Source: an uncultured Acidobacteriota bacterium (GTDB lineage Bacteria > Acidobacteriota > Thermoanaerobaculia > Thermoanaerobaculales > Sulfomarinibacteraceae). From it: a DNA stretch of 64,000 nt. The stretch lies in NCBI GenBank assembly GCA_963823445.1, contig CAWGLT010000010.1, positions 2,760 through 66,759 of the forward strand, written 5' to 3'. Within the stretch, counting starts at the first letter, position 1. The number at the start of each line of letters is the position of its first letter. The notes beneath the pieces are model-generated. The model was not told the DNA's origin, did not search any database, and was given only the letters and a program-made list of their open reading frames with translations. Below, in pieces: positions 51,769 to 61,216 of the stretch. The position numbers and the translations under genes are program-made.

Positions 51769-53262
51769 GTGACCACGACGATTCTGATGTTGGCCGCCGT
51801 CGTCATCCCGGTTCTGGCTTTCTTCGCGTACCTCGTCATCAGGGTTCGCTACAAGAAGGCGGGTCCGGACGAGGCGCTCATCGTGTTCGGGCGGCGCAAG
51901 CTGTTCGGGAAGAAGGTCCGCACCGAGAAGGGTGAGATCGAAGGGTTCCGGATCATCCGCGGGGGCGGCACCTTTGTCTGGCCGGCATGGGAGCAGTACG
52001 AGGTGCTCTCGCTGCGGATGATGACCCTCGAAATCGACCTCCACCACGTCTATACCGTGCAGGGCATTCCCATCAACGTCAAGGCGGTCGCCCAGGTCAA
52101 GGTGCAGGGGAACATCAACCATATCCGCAGCGCCGCCGAGGGCTTCCTCGGGGTGCCGGTGGATGATGTCAAGGCCACCATCAAGGAGACCGTTGCCGGT
52201 CATCTCAGGGGGATCGTCGGGACGCTGACGGTTGAAGAGCTCTATCGTGAACAGAAGCTCTTCCAGGACAAGGTGCGAGACGAGGCGCATGTCGATCTCG
52301 ATGGGATGGGCTTCGAGTTCCGCTCCTTTGTCTTCCAGGCCATCCAGGACGACGAGGGCTATCTCAACGCCCTCGGCCAGCCCAAGATCCAGGAGGCGCT
52401 CAAGAACGCCCGCATCGCCACGGCCGCCGCCGACCGCGACGCAGCCATCGAGGAAGAGCAGGCGAGACAGCAGAAGGAACAGAAACGGATCGGCGTCGAC
52501 ACCGAGATCGCCGAGGCCGACAAGGCCCTGAGCCTCAAGGTGGCCTCGATCAAGAAAGAGGTCGATGTCGCCGATGCGCAGGCCGTCAAAGCGGGCGAGA
52601 TGGAACTCAAGGTCCAGGACATCCGGATCGCCGATCAGGAGGTCCAGCGCCAGAAGCTCGAGCTCAACGCCTCGATCCGCGAGAAGGCCGACGCCAAGAA
52701 GTACGAGGCCGAACGACTCGCCGACGCCAAGAAATACACCGTCGAAAAGGAGGCGTCAGCCGAGCGGTTGCGGCGCGAGGAAGCGGCCAAGGCGCTCCAG
52801 GCCGAGGGTATCGCCAGGGCCGAGGCGGAGTCGGTGCAGCGCCGCCAGATCGGGCTTGCCGAAGCCGAGGCCATTCTGGCAAAGGGTGAAGCGGAAGCCG
52901 AGGCGCGGCGAAAGCTCGCCGAGGCCCTCAAGCTCTACAACGAGGCCGGTCTCTCCATCGAGGCCCTCAAGGTGCTGCCGGAGATTGCGGCTGCGGTGGC
53001 GGAGCCGCTGTCGAGAGCCGGTGAGACCACCATCATCTCCAATGGCGGAAGACCCGGGGACGGAACCGGCGCCGCCCGGCTCACCGATGATGTGATCCAG
53101 GTGATGACCCAGCTCGGGCCGATCATGAAACAGCTCTCGGGAGTCGACATGCAGCAGATGCTGCGCGATATCTCGAGCCTGCCCGGGGCGGTGGCCAAGG
53201 GAGTGGGCGGCGGCAAGGACGAAACTCCGGTGAAGGGCGCGGGCAAGGTCTTCGGAGAGTGA
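51769..53262 (+). CDS. Flotillin family protein
   Basis: N-terminal TM, GPDEALIVFG, GGGTFVWP, GHLRGIVG, DDEGYLNALG, AEA-rich coiled coil. Confidence 0.92.
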   Translation: MTTTILMLAAVVIPVLAFFAYLVIRVRYKKAGPDEALIVFGRRKLFGKKVRTEKGEIEGFRIIRGGGTFVWPAWEQYEVLSLRMMTLEIDLHHVYTVQGIPINVKAVAQVKVQGNINHIRSAAEGFLGVPVDDVKATIKETVAGHLRGIVGTLTVEELYREQKLFQDKVRDEAHVDLDGMGFEFRSFVFQAIQDDEGYLNALGQPKIQEALKNARIATAAADRDAAIEEEQARQQKEQKRIGVDTEIAEADKALSLKVASIKKEVDVADAQAVKAGEMELKVQDIRIADQEVQRQKLELNASIREKADAKKYEAERLADAKKYTVEKEASAERLRREEAAKALQAEGIARAEAESVQRRQIGLAEAEAILAKGEAEAEARRKLAEALKLYNEAGLSIEALKVLPEIAAAVAEPLSRAGETTIISNGGRPGDGTGAARLTDDVIQVMTQLGPIMKQLSGVDMQQMLRDISSLPGAVAKGVGGGKDETPVKGAGKVFGE

Positions 53263-53266
53263 AACC

Positions 53267-54331
53267 GTGAACGAAGATCTCACGGCGCTGGTCTTCGAAC
53301 TCCGTCGGGCGGGATCCCCGGCGGACAAGGCGCGCGCTCTCGCTCGGGCGTGGCGTACCATTCGCAGGCTCAGTCCGGTCGATCGGCGGTTGCTGGTGCG
53401 CGAGGTGGGCTTCGACGGCGCCGAGGATTTGATCGAGGGTCTCGCCGGCAAGAGCGGCGGTGCCTTCGCCCCGGCCGCCGTACTCGAGGCGTTGGGAAAG
53501 ATGCGGCGCGACAAGAGCCTCTCGGTGAAGACGATCCTCGCCGATTTCAAGAACTCCGATCGGCGCGACGATCTTCTTCTCCAGGGCATGGAAATGGCGG
53601 CCGGCTCGTTCGCTTCCGGGTTGGATGACGATGAGGCGGCGGTCGTGGAGGCGCCGGTGGTCAATGACATCCCCACCGTGCAATCCAGCGCTGAAACCGA
53701 GGCCGGTCTTCCCGAGCCGGAGATCGTCGAAATCCGCGAGACTCCGCCCCCGCCGTCGATTCGATCGGCCGACCGGGATCGGCCGTCGGTTGCTCCCGCT
53801 CGTCGAGAGGAGAAGTCGGCCCCGACAGAGGAGACTCCCGCCATCGAGCCGACGGCGCCGCCCGAGCCGACAGCTACGTCGTTGTGGGACGCCGACTGGC
53901 AGCGGCCGCGCGAGACGGAGAAGGAACCGCGGGCTCGTTGGAGCCGGAGCGCGACGGCGGCGTCGGAGGCGGTCGAGCCGCGGGTCGCCGGCGGGACGGT
54001 GCTCGACCGCATCCGTCAGGTGCGACAGGCGATCCCGCAACTTGAAAGAGCGAGCCCGAGAGAGATTCAGCGGGCTCTCGAAAATCTCCCCGAATTGTGG
54101 GCTCGGCGCCGCGCGGCGGTGGCGCTCATCGAGGCCGGCGTCCCCGACGGCGTGGGCGATGCGCTCGATCTCATCGAGGACTTCGACCGACCGCTGGATC
54201 GAAGCTGGTGTCTGGCCGCGCTGGCGCGTCGAGGAGGACTCGAAGGAGACGATCTCGAGCGAGCCCTCGAGATGCTCGCCTCGCCGGCCGCGAGGCGACG
54301 GATCGAGCACTTGGCGAGCCGGGCGGGTTGA
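53267..54331 (+). CDS. Hypothetical protein, two helical domains with a Pro/Glu-rich linker
   Basis: 4 bp downstream of flotillin, coding-like codon usage. Confidence 0.7.
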   Translation: MNEDLTALVFELRRAGSPADKARALARAWRTIRRLSPVDRRLLVREVGFDGAEDLIEGLAGKSGGAFAPAAVLEALGKMRRDKSLSVKTILADFKNSDRRDDLLLQGMEMAAGSFASGLDDDEAAVVEAPVVNDIPTVQSSAETEAGLPEPEIVEIRETPPPPSIRSADRDRPSVAPARREEKSAPTEETPAIEPTAPPEPTATSLWDADWQRPRETEKEPRARWSRSATAASEAVEPRVAGGTVLDRIRQVRQAIPQLERASPREIQRALENLPELWARRRAAVALIEAGVPDGVGDALDLIEDFDRPLDRSWCLAALARRGGLEGDDLERALEMLASPAARRRIEHLASRAG

Positions 54332-54364
54332 ATCCGACGTCGGACAATCCTCAGTCCGTGAGCC

Positions 54365-55680
54365 CCGGCCGCTGGCCCGGACGCTGCCGCTGCCCCCGAC
54401 AGGCTGGAAGCCTGTCGCTACACAGCGGCCGTTCTTGAATGTGTAGCGACAGCCATCCTGGCTGTCGTCGGTGACGTACCCGAACGCGGTACCCGGACGC
54501 TGCCCCGGACGCTGCCCCGGCCGCCGCCCCGGACGGCGTGCGGGAGGGTCGATCCGGCACAATGCCGAACCCGGCACCCCGAGGCGGCGCGGTTTTCCGC
54601 GTGTCCTCATCGGCTTCGGTCCCGTTTCCCACCAGGTTGGGCGGACATTGTGGGGGCGGGCTTCCAGCCTGCCCGTCAGGGTCGTTGGAGTCGGCCGGGC
54701 ATTCCCGAGAGAGTGCGGGGTTTCGGGCACTGTGGGATCCCCGGTTCCCGGCGGCCTGCCTCGTAACCTGGAGAACCAGGCAGAAGCGCGCGTCCCGGGG
54801 GAGCCCGGTACGGCATTGTGCGCAACGGACGGCGTGCGGGAGGGTCGATCCGGCACAATGCCGAACCCGGCACCCCGAGGCGGCGCGGTTTTCCGCGTGT
54901 CCTCATCGGCTTCGGTCCCGTTTCCCACCAGGTTGGGCGGACATTGTGGGGGCGGGCTTCCAGCCTGCCCGTCAGGGTCGTTGGAGTCGGCCGGGCATTC
55001 CCGAGAGAGTGCGGGGTTTCGGGCACTGTGGGATCCCCGGTTCCCGGCGGCCTCCCTCGTAACCTGGAGAACCAGGCAGAAGCGCGCGTCCCGGGGGAGC
55101 CCGGTACGGCATTGTGCGCAACGGACGGCGTGCGGGAGGGTCGATCCGGCACAATGCCGAACCCGGCACCCCGAGGGACGCTTCTTTCCCTCCGACCCAG
55201 GGCGGCATCTGCCGCTGCCCCGGACGCTGCCTCTGCCCCCGACAGGCTGGAAGCCTGTCGCTACACAGCGGCCGTTCTTTATTGTGTAGCGACAGCCATC
55301 CTGGCTGTCGTCGGTGACGTGCCCGAACGCGGTACCCGGACGCTGTCGCTGTCGCTGCCCCGGCTGCGGTCGCTGTTCCCGGTTCTGACTGTTCCGGCCT
55401 TCCGGCCCGCTGTGACGCCAAGGCGTCCCGGCGGCCCGGCGTCGCCCCATCGGCGGGGTCGCGTAGGTGGTGAATTGGAAGGGCTGCGACCCCGCCGATG
55501 GGACGCCGGCGGCCTGCTTCTGAGCCGGAAGAGCCAGGCAGAGGCGCGCCTCCCGGGGGAGCCCGGTACGGCATTGTGCAGTGCGCACCGCGTGCCGGAG
55601 GGTCGAACCGGCACAATGCCGAACCCGGCACCCCGAGGGACGCTTCTTTCCCTCCGACCTGGGGCGGCATCTGCCGATCG
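54365..55680. repeat. REP-like cluster with a 296-bp tandem unit
   Basis: Unit starts at 54531, 54827, 55123 (partial), degenerate copy near 55535-55680; GTAG hairpin doublet repeated at about 54378-54505 and 55220-55345. Confidence 0.9.
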
Positions 55681-55728
55681 AGAACTCGGCAACGATTGCC
55701 CGCGGGCGCATGTATCCTTGAGGCGAAG

Positions 55729-57864
55729 ATGCGAGCAACCGAAGTCGTCGAGAGATGGTATGCCGAGGCACTGGCGCGGCCGGTGAACATCCTGCGTTCG
55801 TACAAGAAAGCCCGGATCCGTCCCGATGCCGTTGCCGGTCTCACGGTGGCGGTGGTGGCGATCCCGCAATCCATCGCCTATGCCTCCATCGCAGGGTTGC
55901 CGCCGGCCTACGGGCTCTATGCCGCTGCGGTGGCGGCCATCGTCGGTTCGCTCTGGGGTTCGTCCCGCTATCTCAACACCGGGCCGACCAACGCCATCTC
56001 CATCCTCGTTCTGTCGATCCTGACCCCGCTGGCGGCGATCGGCTCGGCCGAGTACCTCATGGCGGCGTCGTTGATGGCGGTGATGGTGGGGGTGTTCTGC
56101 ATCATCTTCGGCTTTGCCGGGCTCGGTGTCCTGGTCAACTTCGCATCGCGGGCGGTGCTGCTCGGTTTCACCGCGGGCGCCGGGGTACTCATCGCCGCCG
56201 GTCAGCTGAAGAACCTCCTTCGCCTGGATGTCCCCCGCAGCCCCCACCTCTGGCACTCCATGACCGCGGTGTTGGAGCACATCGGGGAGACTCATTGGCC
56301 GAGCCTGCTGCTCGGACTCGGAACCCTCGCCGCCATGGTGATCATCGCCAAGACGGCGCCGCGGCTCCCGGCCGCCCTGATGGCTCTCGCCGGCGCCGGG
56401 GTCCTGGTGGCTGTGGTCGGGGTCGATCGCCTGGGTGTCGCGGTCATCGGTCAGATCCCGCGAGAGATGCCCAATCTGACCTCGTTTTCCCTCGGTTGGA
56501 TGTGGGAGAACGATCTCGTGGGCGCCCTGGTCATGGGCTCCATGGCGGTGGCCGCCATGGGGTTGGTCGAAGCGGTCTCCATCGCCCGCGAGATTTCTCG
56601 CCAGAGTGGAGAGCGCCTCGACGTCAACCAGGAGCTGGTCGGGCAGGGAATGGCCAACATCGCGTCGGGCCTGTTTTCCGGCTACGCCTGTTCCGGATCG
56701 TTCACGCGATCGGCGATCAACTTCCAGTCGGGGGCGCGGACTCAGGTTTCGGGAGTCTTCTGCGGTGTCTTCGTGCTCGCCGGGGTGCTCGCGTTCGGTC
56801 CGGCCGCCGGCTATCTGCCGAACGCGGCGCTCGCGGGGATGATCATGGTCATCGCCTACCGCATGGTGGATTGGCACGGCGTCCGGCGGGTGAGGATGAC
56901 GTCGCGCAGCGAAACCGGAATCATGGTTTCCACCTTCGTCGCGACCCTCGTCTTCCCCCTCGAGTTCGCGGTCCTCGCCGGGGTCATCCTGTCATTGGCC
57001 ATTTACATATACAAATCGAGCCTGCCGACGGTTCACACCGTCGTGCCGGATCGGACGTTCCGCCATTTCGTCGAACGCGAAGACGCGCCGTGCTGCAACC
57101 AACTCGGTGTGATCAACATCCGCGGTGCGCTCTTTTTCGGGGCCGCAAGCCATGTCGAGGACGAACTTCTCGCCAACTACGAGGCGAATCCGGGGCAGAA
57201 CAACCTGCTGTTGAGGATGCACGGAGTCCACCAGTGCGATCTCTCCGGGATCGATGTCCTCGAGGGCATTGTCCGGCTCTACCGGGATGCCGGCGGAGAC
57301 GTGTACCTGGTGCAGGTGCGACCCGAGGTGCGCACGATCATGGCGGCATCCGGGTTCGAGCAGTTGTTGGGGGCCGACCGTTTCCTCAAACAGGAGGAGG
57401 CCATCGAGTGGCTCTTCGAGAACGCCATCGATCCGGCGGTGTGCATCTATGAGTGCGAACACCGGGTCTTCGCCGAGTGCCAGCCGCTCGAGAAACACCC
57501 GTACGACCTCCGCCTGCCCGCCTACCCGACACGATTTCGCTATCCCGAACGCCAGTTGACCGTGCCCGAGTTCGAGGACGCCCTCCGCGCCAATCGAAAG
57601 ACCGGATTGCTCATCGATGTGCGCGAGCAAGCGGAGTATCTCAATGGGCACCTGGCCGGCGCCGAGCTCATTCCACTGCGCCACATCATCGAAGACGCCG
57701 AGCAGTTGCCGCGCGACCGGCCGATCCTCCTCATCTGTCGCTCCGGGCGCCGGTCGACACGGGCGATGCACTGGCTGCTGGGTCTCGGGTTCGAGAATGT
57801 CGCCAACCTCAAGGGGGGGCTCCTGAGTTGGAAGGCGATGGGAAGGCCGGTCGAAGTCGACTGA
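55729..57864 (+). CDS. SulP family anion transporter with STAS and C-terminal rhodanese domain
   Basis: IPQSIAYA, GLY, GPTNA, NQELVGQG, SGSFTRS, GALFFG, IDVRE..EY..GHL, CRSGRRS. Confidence 0.92.
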   Translation: MRATEVVERWYAEALARPVNILRSYKKARIRPDAVAGLTVAVVAIPQSIAYASIAGLPPAYGLYAAAVAAIVGSLWGSSRYLNTGPTNAISILVLSILTPLAAIGSAEYLMAASLMAVMVGVFCIIFGFAGLGVLVNFASRAVLLGFTAGAGVLIAAGQLKNLLRLDVPRSPHLWHSMTAVLEHIGETHWPSLLLGLGTLAAMVIIAKTAPRLPAALMALAGAGVLVAVVGVDRLGVAVIGQIPREMPNLTSFSLGWMWENDLVGALVMGSMAVAAMGLVEAVSIAREISRQSGERLDVNQELVGQGMANIASGLFSGYACSGSFTRSAINFQSGARTQVSGVFCGVFVLAGVLAFGPAAGYLPNAALAGMIMVIAYRMVDWHGVRRVRMTSRSETGIMVSTFVATLVFPLEFAVLAGVILSLAIYIYKSSLPTVHTVVPDRTFRHFVEREDAPCCNQLGVINIRGALFFGAASHVEDELLANYEANPGQNNLLLRMHGVHQCDLSGIDVLEGIVRLYRDAGGDVYLVQVRPEVRTIMAASGFEQLLGADRFLKQEEAIEWLFENAIDPAVCIYECEHRVFAECQPLEKHPYDLRLPAYPTRFRYPERQLTVPEFEDALRANRKTGLLIDVREQAEYLNGHLAGAELIPLRHIIEDAEQLPRDRPILLICRSGRRSTRAMHWLLGLGFENVANLKGGLLSWKAMGRPVEVD

Positions 57865-57876
57865 GGTCGACTTCGA

Positions 57877-57974
57877 AATTCTCAATTTTGAATTCTTAAT
57901 TCTAAATTGCATCGCATATCCAAGAGGGACGGTTGCGATGTCATTGAGAATTAAGAATTTAGAATTAAGAATTG
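57877..57974. repeat. AT-rich heptamer palindromic element between convergent genes
   Basis: Heptamer arm-CATCGCA-spacer-TGCGATG-heptamer arm. Confidence 0.88.
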
Positions 57975-57978
57975 TGTT

Positions 57979-58770
57979 CTATTCAAGCGTGACGAAGTCC
58001 TTCCCCTCGAGGTTCCTGATCCTCCGGCAGACCTCGTGGCCTTCGCGGGAGCCGCCCTCGTTGGTGTTGCCCTCGATGGTCTCGATGATCTCGTCGACGG
58101 CGGCGGCGACGATCCCGACGTGATTCCAGTCGTCGGCGGATCGGCGTTGGACAAAGAGCGAGCCGCGCGGCAGGTCATCGAGGGTGGCGGGGTCGGCGGC
58201 GATCTCCGATTTCGCGATGAACCGTCCTTCGGTCTGTGCGTCCCGCGCGATGACGTCGCAGGAAAAGGTCGGTTGCATGGGAAGTGGAACACCGGCGTGC
58301 CACGCAGCCTGGCGGACGAGAAAACTCACGAAGCCTGCACACCAGAGGCACCCGGCCCCGTCTGCGCCGTCCATGTAGACCCTCACCCAGGGGCCGCGGT
58401 TGGCGCCGCCGACCTCGCGGGGGCGCTCCCTGAAGTGTTGCCGAGCGGCGGCGGCGACCCCTGATGAGATTTCGGAGGACACCGTCCGGGGTGGGGCGAG
58501 TGCGCGGTAGAGAGGTTTGGTGAGCGTTTCGAAGGTCGGCTCGTCCACGATGCCGGTCTTGGGCAGCCCGCGACGGCCCTGAAATCGACCGACCGCGTAT
58601 GCGGTGGCGGGGCCGAATCGGCCGTCCACCACGACTGCGATTCCATTGAGTGTCAGCCACTCCTGGACCCGTCGCACGGCGATGCCGGTGGCGCCGCGTT
58701 CGAGGGGGTGGGCGAGACGAAGCTCCTTCCGCACCCAGGTGAAGGGGATGTCGTCGATGGTGAGACCCAT
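57979..58770 (-). CDS. Peptidoglycan-binding domain + CHAP amidase-like protein
   Basis: VDGRFGPAT..AVGRFQ, WCAGFVS, HVGIV, TIEGNTN. Confidence 0.88.
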   Translation of the reverse strand: MGLTIDDIPFTWVRKELRLAHPLERGATGIAVRRVQEWLTLNGIAVVVDGRFGPATAYAVGRFQGRRGLPKTGIVDEPTFETLTKPLYRALAPPRTVSSEISSGVAAAARQHFRERPREVGGANRGPWVRVYMDGADGAGCLWCAGFVSFLVRQAAWHAGVPLPMQPTFSCDVIARDAQTEGRFIAKSEIAADPATLDDLPRGSLFVQRRSADDWNHVGIVAAAVDEIIETIEGNTNEGGSREGHEVCRRIRNLEGKDFVTLE

Positions 58771-58853
58771 GGTCTACGTCTCCTTCCGCGTGTGTCGAAG
58801 TGATCCTGTTGCACTGAACGTACCACGCGGGATCGAGAATCGGAGTTGTCGGC

Positions 58854-61016
58854 TCAGCCGACTCGACCGGCCAGGCGGTCGGCGAGGAGGGTGAACCGCG
58901 CGCGTTGGGTCGCGTTGTCGACCGCCCGCGCGAGGGCCCTCCTGCTGCCGACGATGACGACCAGCCGACGGCCTCGGGTGACCGCGGTGTAGAGCAGGTT
59001 GCGCTGCAGCATGATGTGGTGCTGGTGGTGGAGAACGATGACGACGGCGGGGTACTCGCTGCCCTGGCTCTTGTGGATCGTGCAGGCGTAGGCCGGGATG
59101 AGGTCATCGAAGTTGTCGTGCGGGATGGCCACGGCGCGACCATCGAAACGGACCACCATCTCGTCGGACTCCTCGTCAAAGAACTCGACGCGGCCGATGT
59201 CTCCGTTGAAGATCTCGAGATCGTAGTTGTTGCGCACCTGCATGATCTTGTCGCCGAGGCGAAATCGCCTCGGACCGATGGCGATTTCGGGGCCCGTCGG
59301 CGTCAGCTCGGCCTGGAGGCGTTCGTTGAGGCGCCTGACCCCGAGCTCGCCCCGGTGCATCGGCGTGAGGACCTGGATGTCGTCGACGGGATCGAGGTGG
59401 AAGTGGTTCGGGATGCGCCGGCTCGCGAGATCCACCGCCAGCTCGGCGGCTTCGACCGGGTCGTCCCTGACGACGAAGTAGAAGTCGGCGTCGGGGTTGT
59501 CGGCATCGGAGATCGGCATCTGCCCCGAGTTGATCCGGTGGGCGTTGACCACGATGCGGCTGGCCTCGGCCTGGCGGAAGATGTGGTTGAGCCGGACGAA
59601 GGGCACGACGCCGGATGCGATGAGATCACCGAGGACATTGCCGGGACCCACCGACGGCAACTGGTCGGCATCGCCCACCAGGACCAGCCGGCATCCGGGA
59701 GGGATGGCTTCGAGAAGGTGGGCGGCGAGCTCGATGTCGAGCATGGAGACTTCATCGACCACGACGACGTCGGCTTCGAGGGGATTTTCGCGATCGCGGT
59801 TGAAGGTCCAGCTGCGCGGGTTGAACTCGAGAAGCCGGTGGATGGTCCTGGCGTCGCTGCCGGTGGCCTGGGCGAGTCGTTTGGCTGCTCGGCCGGTGGG
59901 AGCGGCGAGCAGCACCCGCTGCTTCCGCGCGTCGAAGATCTGGGTGATCCCACGCACGAGGGTGGTTTTTCCGGTCCCGGGACCACCGGTGACCACGAGC
60001 GCCCGGCCGGTGAGCGCGGAGGCGATCGCCTTTCGCTGGTTGGCGGCCAGCTCGATGGAGGCCCGCCGCTGATACCAGGCGACCGCCTGATCGACATCGA
60101 TGCCGTCATCCGCGGTTGCGTGACCGAGGAGTTCGCGGATGTGCCCGGCCACGGCGGCTTCGGCGGCTTCGAGGCGGAGACTGAAGATCGCGGTCTCGTC
60201 GTCCGTCCGGACAACCGCCACCACCGATTGTCGTTGTTGGAGCTCATCGAGCACCGTCTCGAGGAGGGGCATGTCGATCTCGAGCAGGGCCGATGCTTCT
60301 TCGAGGAGTCGAGACCGGGGGAGAAAGACGTGCCCTTCCACCGAGGCCTCCGAAAGCGCGAAGAGCAGGCCCGCGCGGAGACGTTGCGGCGAGTCCGCCG
60401 GGATGCCGATGCGCTGGGCGATGCGGTCGGCGGTGCGGAATCCGACCCCGAAGACGTCTTCGGCGAGTCGGAAGGGATCATCCCGCACCACATCGACCGC
60501 GGCCGCGCCGTACTTGCCGTAGGCCTTGACGGCGACGCCGGGAGCGATCCCATGGCCGGTGAGAAAGACCATGATCTGTTGGATGCCGCGGTGCTTCTCC
60601 CAGGAGGCCCGGACCTTGGCCAGGGTCGCCCGGCCGATGCCGTGGATCTCGAGCAGCCGACCGGGGTCGCGATCCATGATCTCGAGGCTGTCGAGTCCGA
60701 AGGCGTCGACGATCCTCGCCGCCATGGTCGGGCCGATGCCCTTGACGCGTCCGGTGCCGAGGAACTTGCGGATTCCCTCCAGGGTCGACGGCGCCACCTG
60801 AACATAGGACTCGGCCTCGAACTGCTCGCCGAATCGTGGGTGTTCAATCCACTTTCCGGTCAGCCGAAGCTCGTCGCCCTCGCGGACCCCGAGCAGCGGG
60901 CCCGTCGCGGCGAAGCTGCCCCGCTCGTCATTTTCGAGGCGGACGGCGCACCAGCCGCTCTCGTCGTTTGAGTAGAGCAGGCGGGTGACGGTGCCGTTGA
61001 TGGACTCATGAGGCAT
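58854..61016 (-). CDS. recD2: RecD2-like ATP-dependent DNA helicase
   Basis: HPRFGEQF, KGIG HhH, TGGPGTGKTT, APTGRAAKR, DEVSM, TIHKSQGSEY, LLYTAVTR. Confidence 0.95.
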   Translation of the reverse strand: MPHESINGTVTRLLYSNDESGWCAVRLENDERGSFAATGPLLGVREGDELRLTGKWIEHPRFGEQFEAESYVQVAPSTLEGIRKFLGTGRVKGIGPTMAARIVDAFGLDSLEIMDRDPGRLLEIHGIGRATLAKVRASWEKHRGIQQIMVFLTGHGIAPGVAVKAYGKYGAAAVDVVRDDPFRLAEDVFGVGFRTADRIAQRIGIPADSPQRLRAGLLFALSEASVEGHVFLPRSRLLEEASALLEIDMPLLETVLDELQQRQSVVAVVRTDDETAIFSLRLEAAEAAVAGHIRELLGHATADDGIDVDQAVAWYQRRASIELAANQRKAIASALTGRALVVTGGPGTGKTTLVRGITQIFDARKQRVLLAAPTGRAAKRLAQATGSDARTIHRLLEFNPRSWTFNRDRENPLEADVVVVDEVSMLDIELAAHLLEAIPPGCRLVLVGDADQLPSVGPGNVLGDLIASGVVPFVRLNHIFRQAEASRIVVNAHRINSGQMPISDADNPDADFYFVVRDDPVEAAELAVDLASRRIPNHFHLDPVDDIQVLTPMHRGELGVRRLNERLQAELTPTGPEIAIGPRRFRLGDKIMQVRNNYDLEIFNGDIGRVEFFDEESDEMVVRFDGRAVAIPHDNFDDLIPAYACTIHKSQGSEYPAVVIVLHHQHHIMLQRNLLYTAVTRGRRLVVIVGSRRALARAVDNATQRARFTLLADRLAGRVG

Positions 61017-61058
61017 CCCGGAGATGATAGCTCGATTTCGGTGGACAGCGGCAAGGGC

Positions 61059-61140
61059 GGCAGCCGGGACAGTGACCGCGTCAGCAGCCGGGACAGTGAC
61101 CGCGTCAGCGGCTGGGACAGTGACAGTGGCCGCGACAGTT
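61059..61140. repeat. About 3 copies of a 24-bp tandem repeat upstream of recD2
   Basis: GCAGCCGGGACAGTGACCGCGTCA repeated. Confidence 0.8.
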
Positions 61141-61216
61141 TTCAGCGGCGGCTGCAACACCGGAAACCCAAATCACAGGCTCTCAAGACCCCAAAAATTC
61201 AATCCCGCGATTCTGA

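Noticed and set aside
54365..55680. CRISPR array
   Set aside because: Units are 296 bp and near-identical with no unique spacers; no cas genes.
53123..55874. Long ORFs (882 aa and others) across the repeat cluster
   Set aside because: Antisense or repeat-derived open frames typical of high-GC DNA; no recognisable domains.
61017..61160. AVTVPAAD-repeat N-terminal extension of RecD2
   Set aside because: Translation of a 24-bp DNA repeat; RecD2-like sequence begins at MPHESING (61016).
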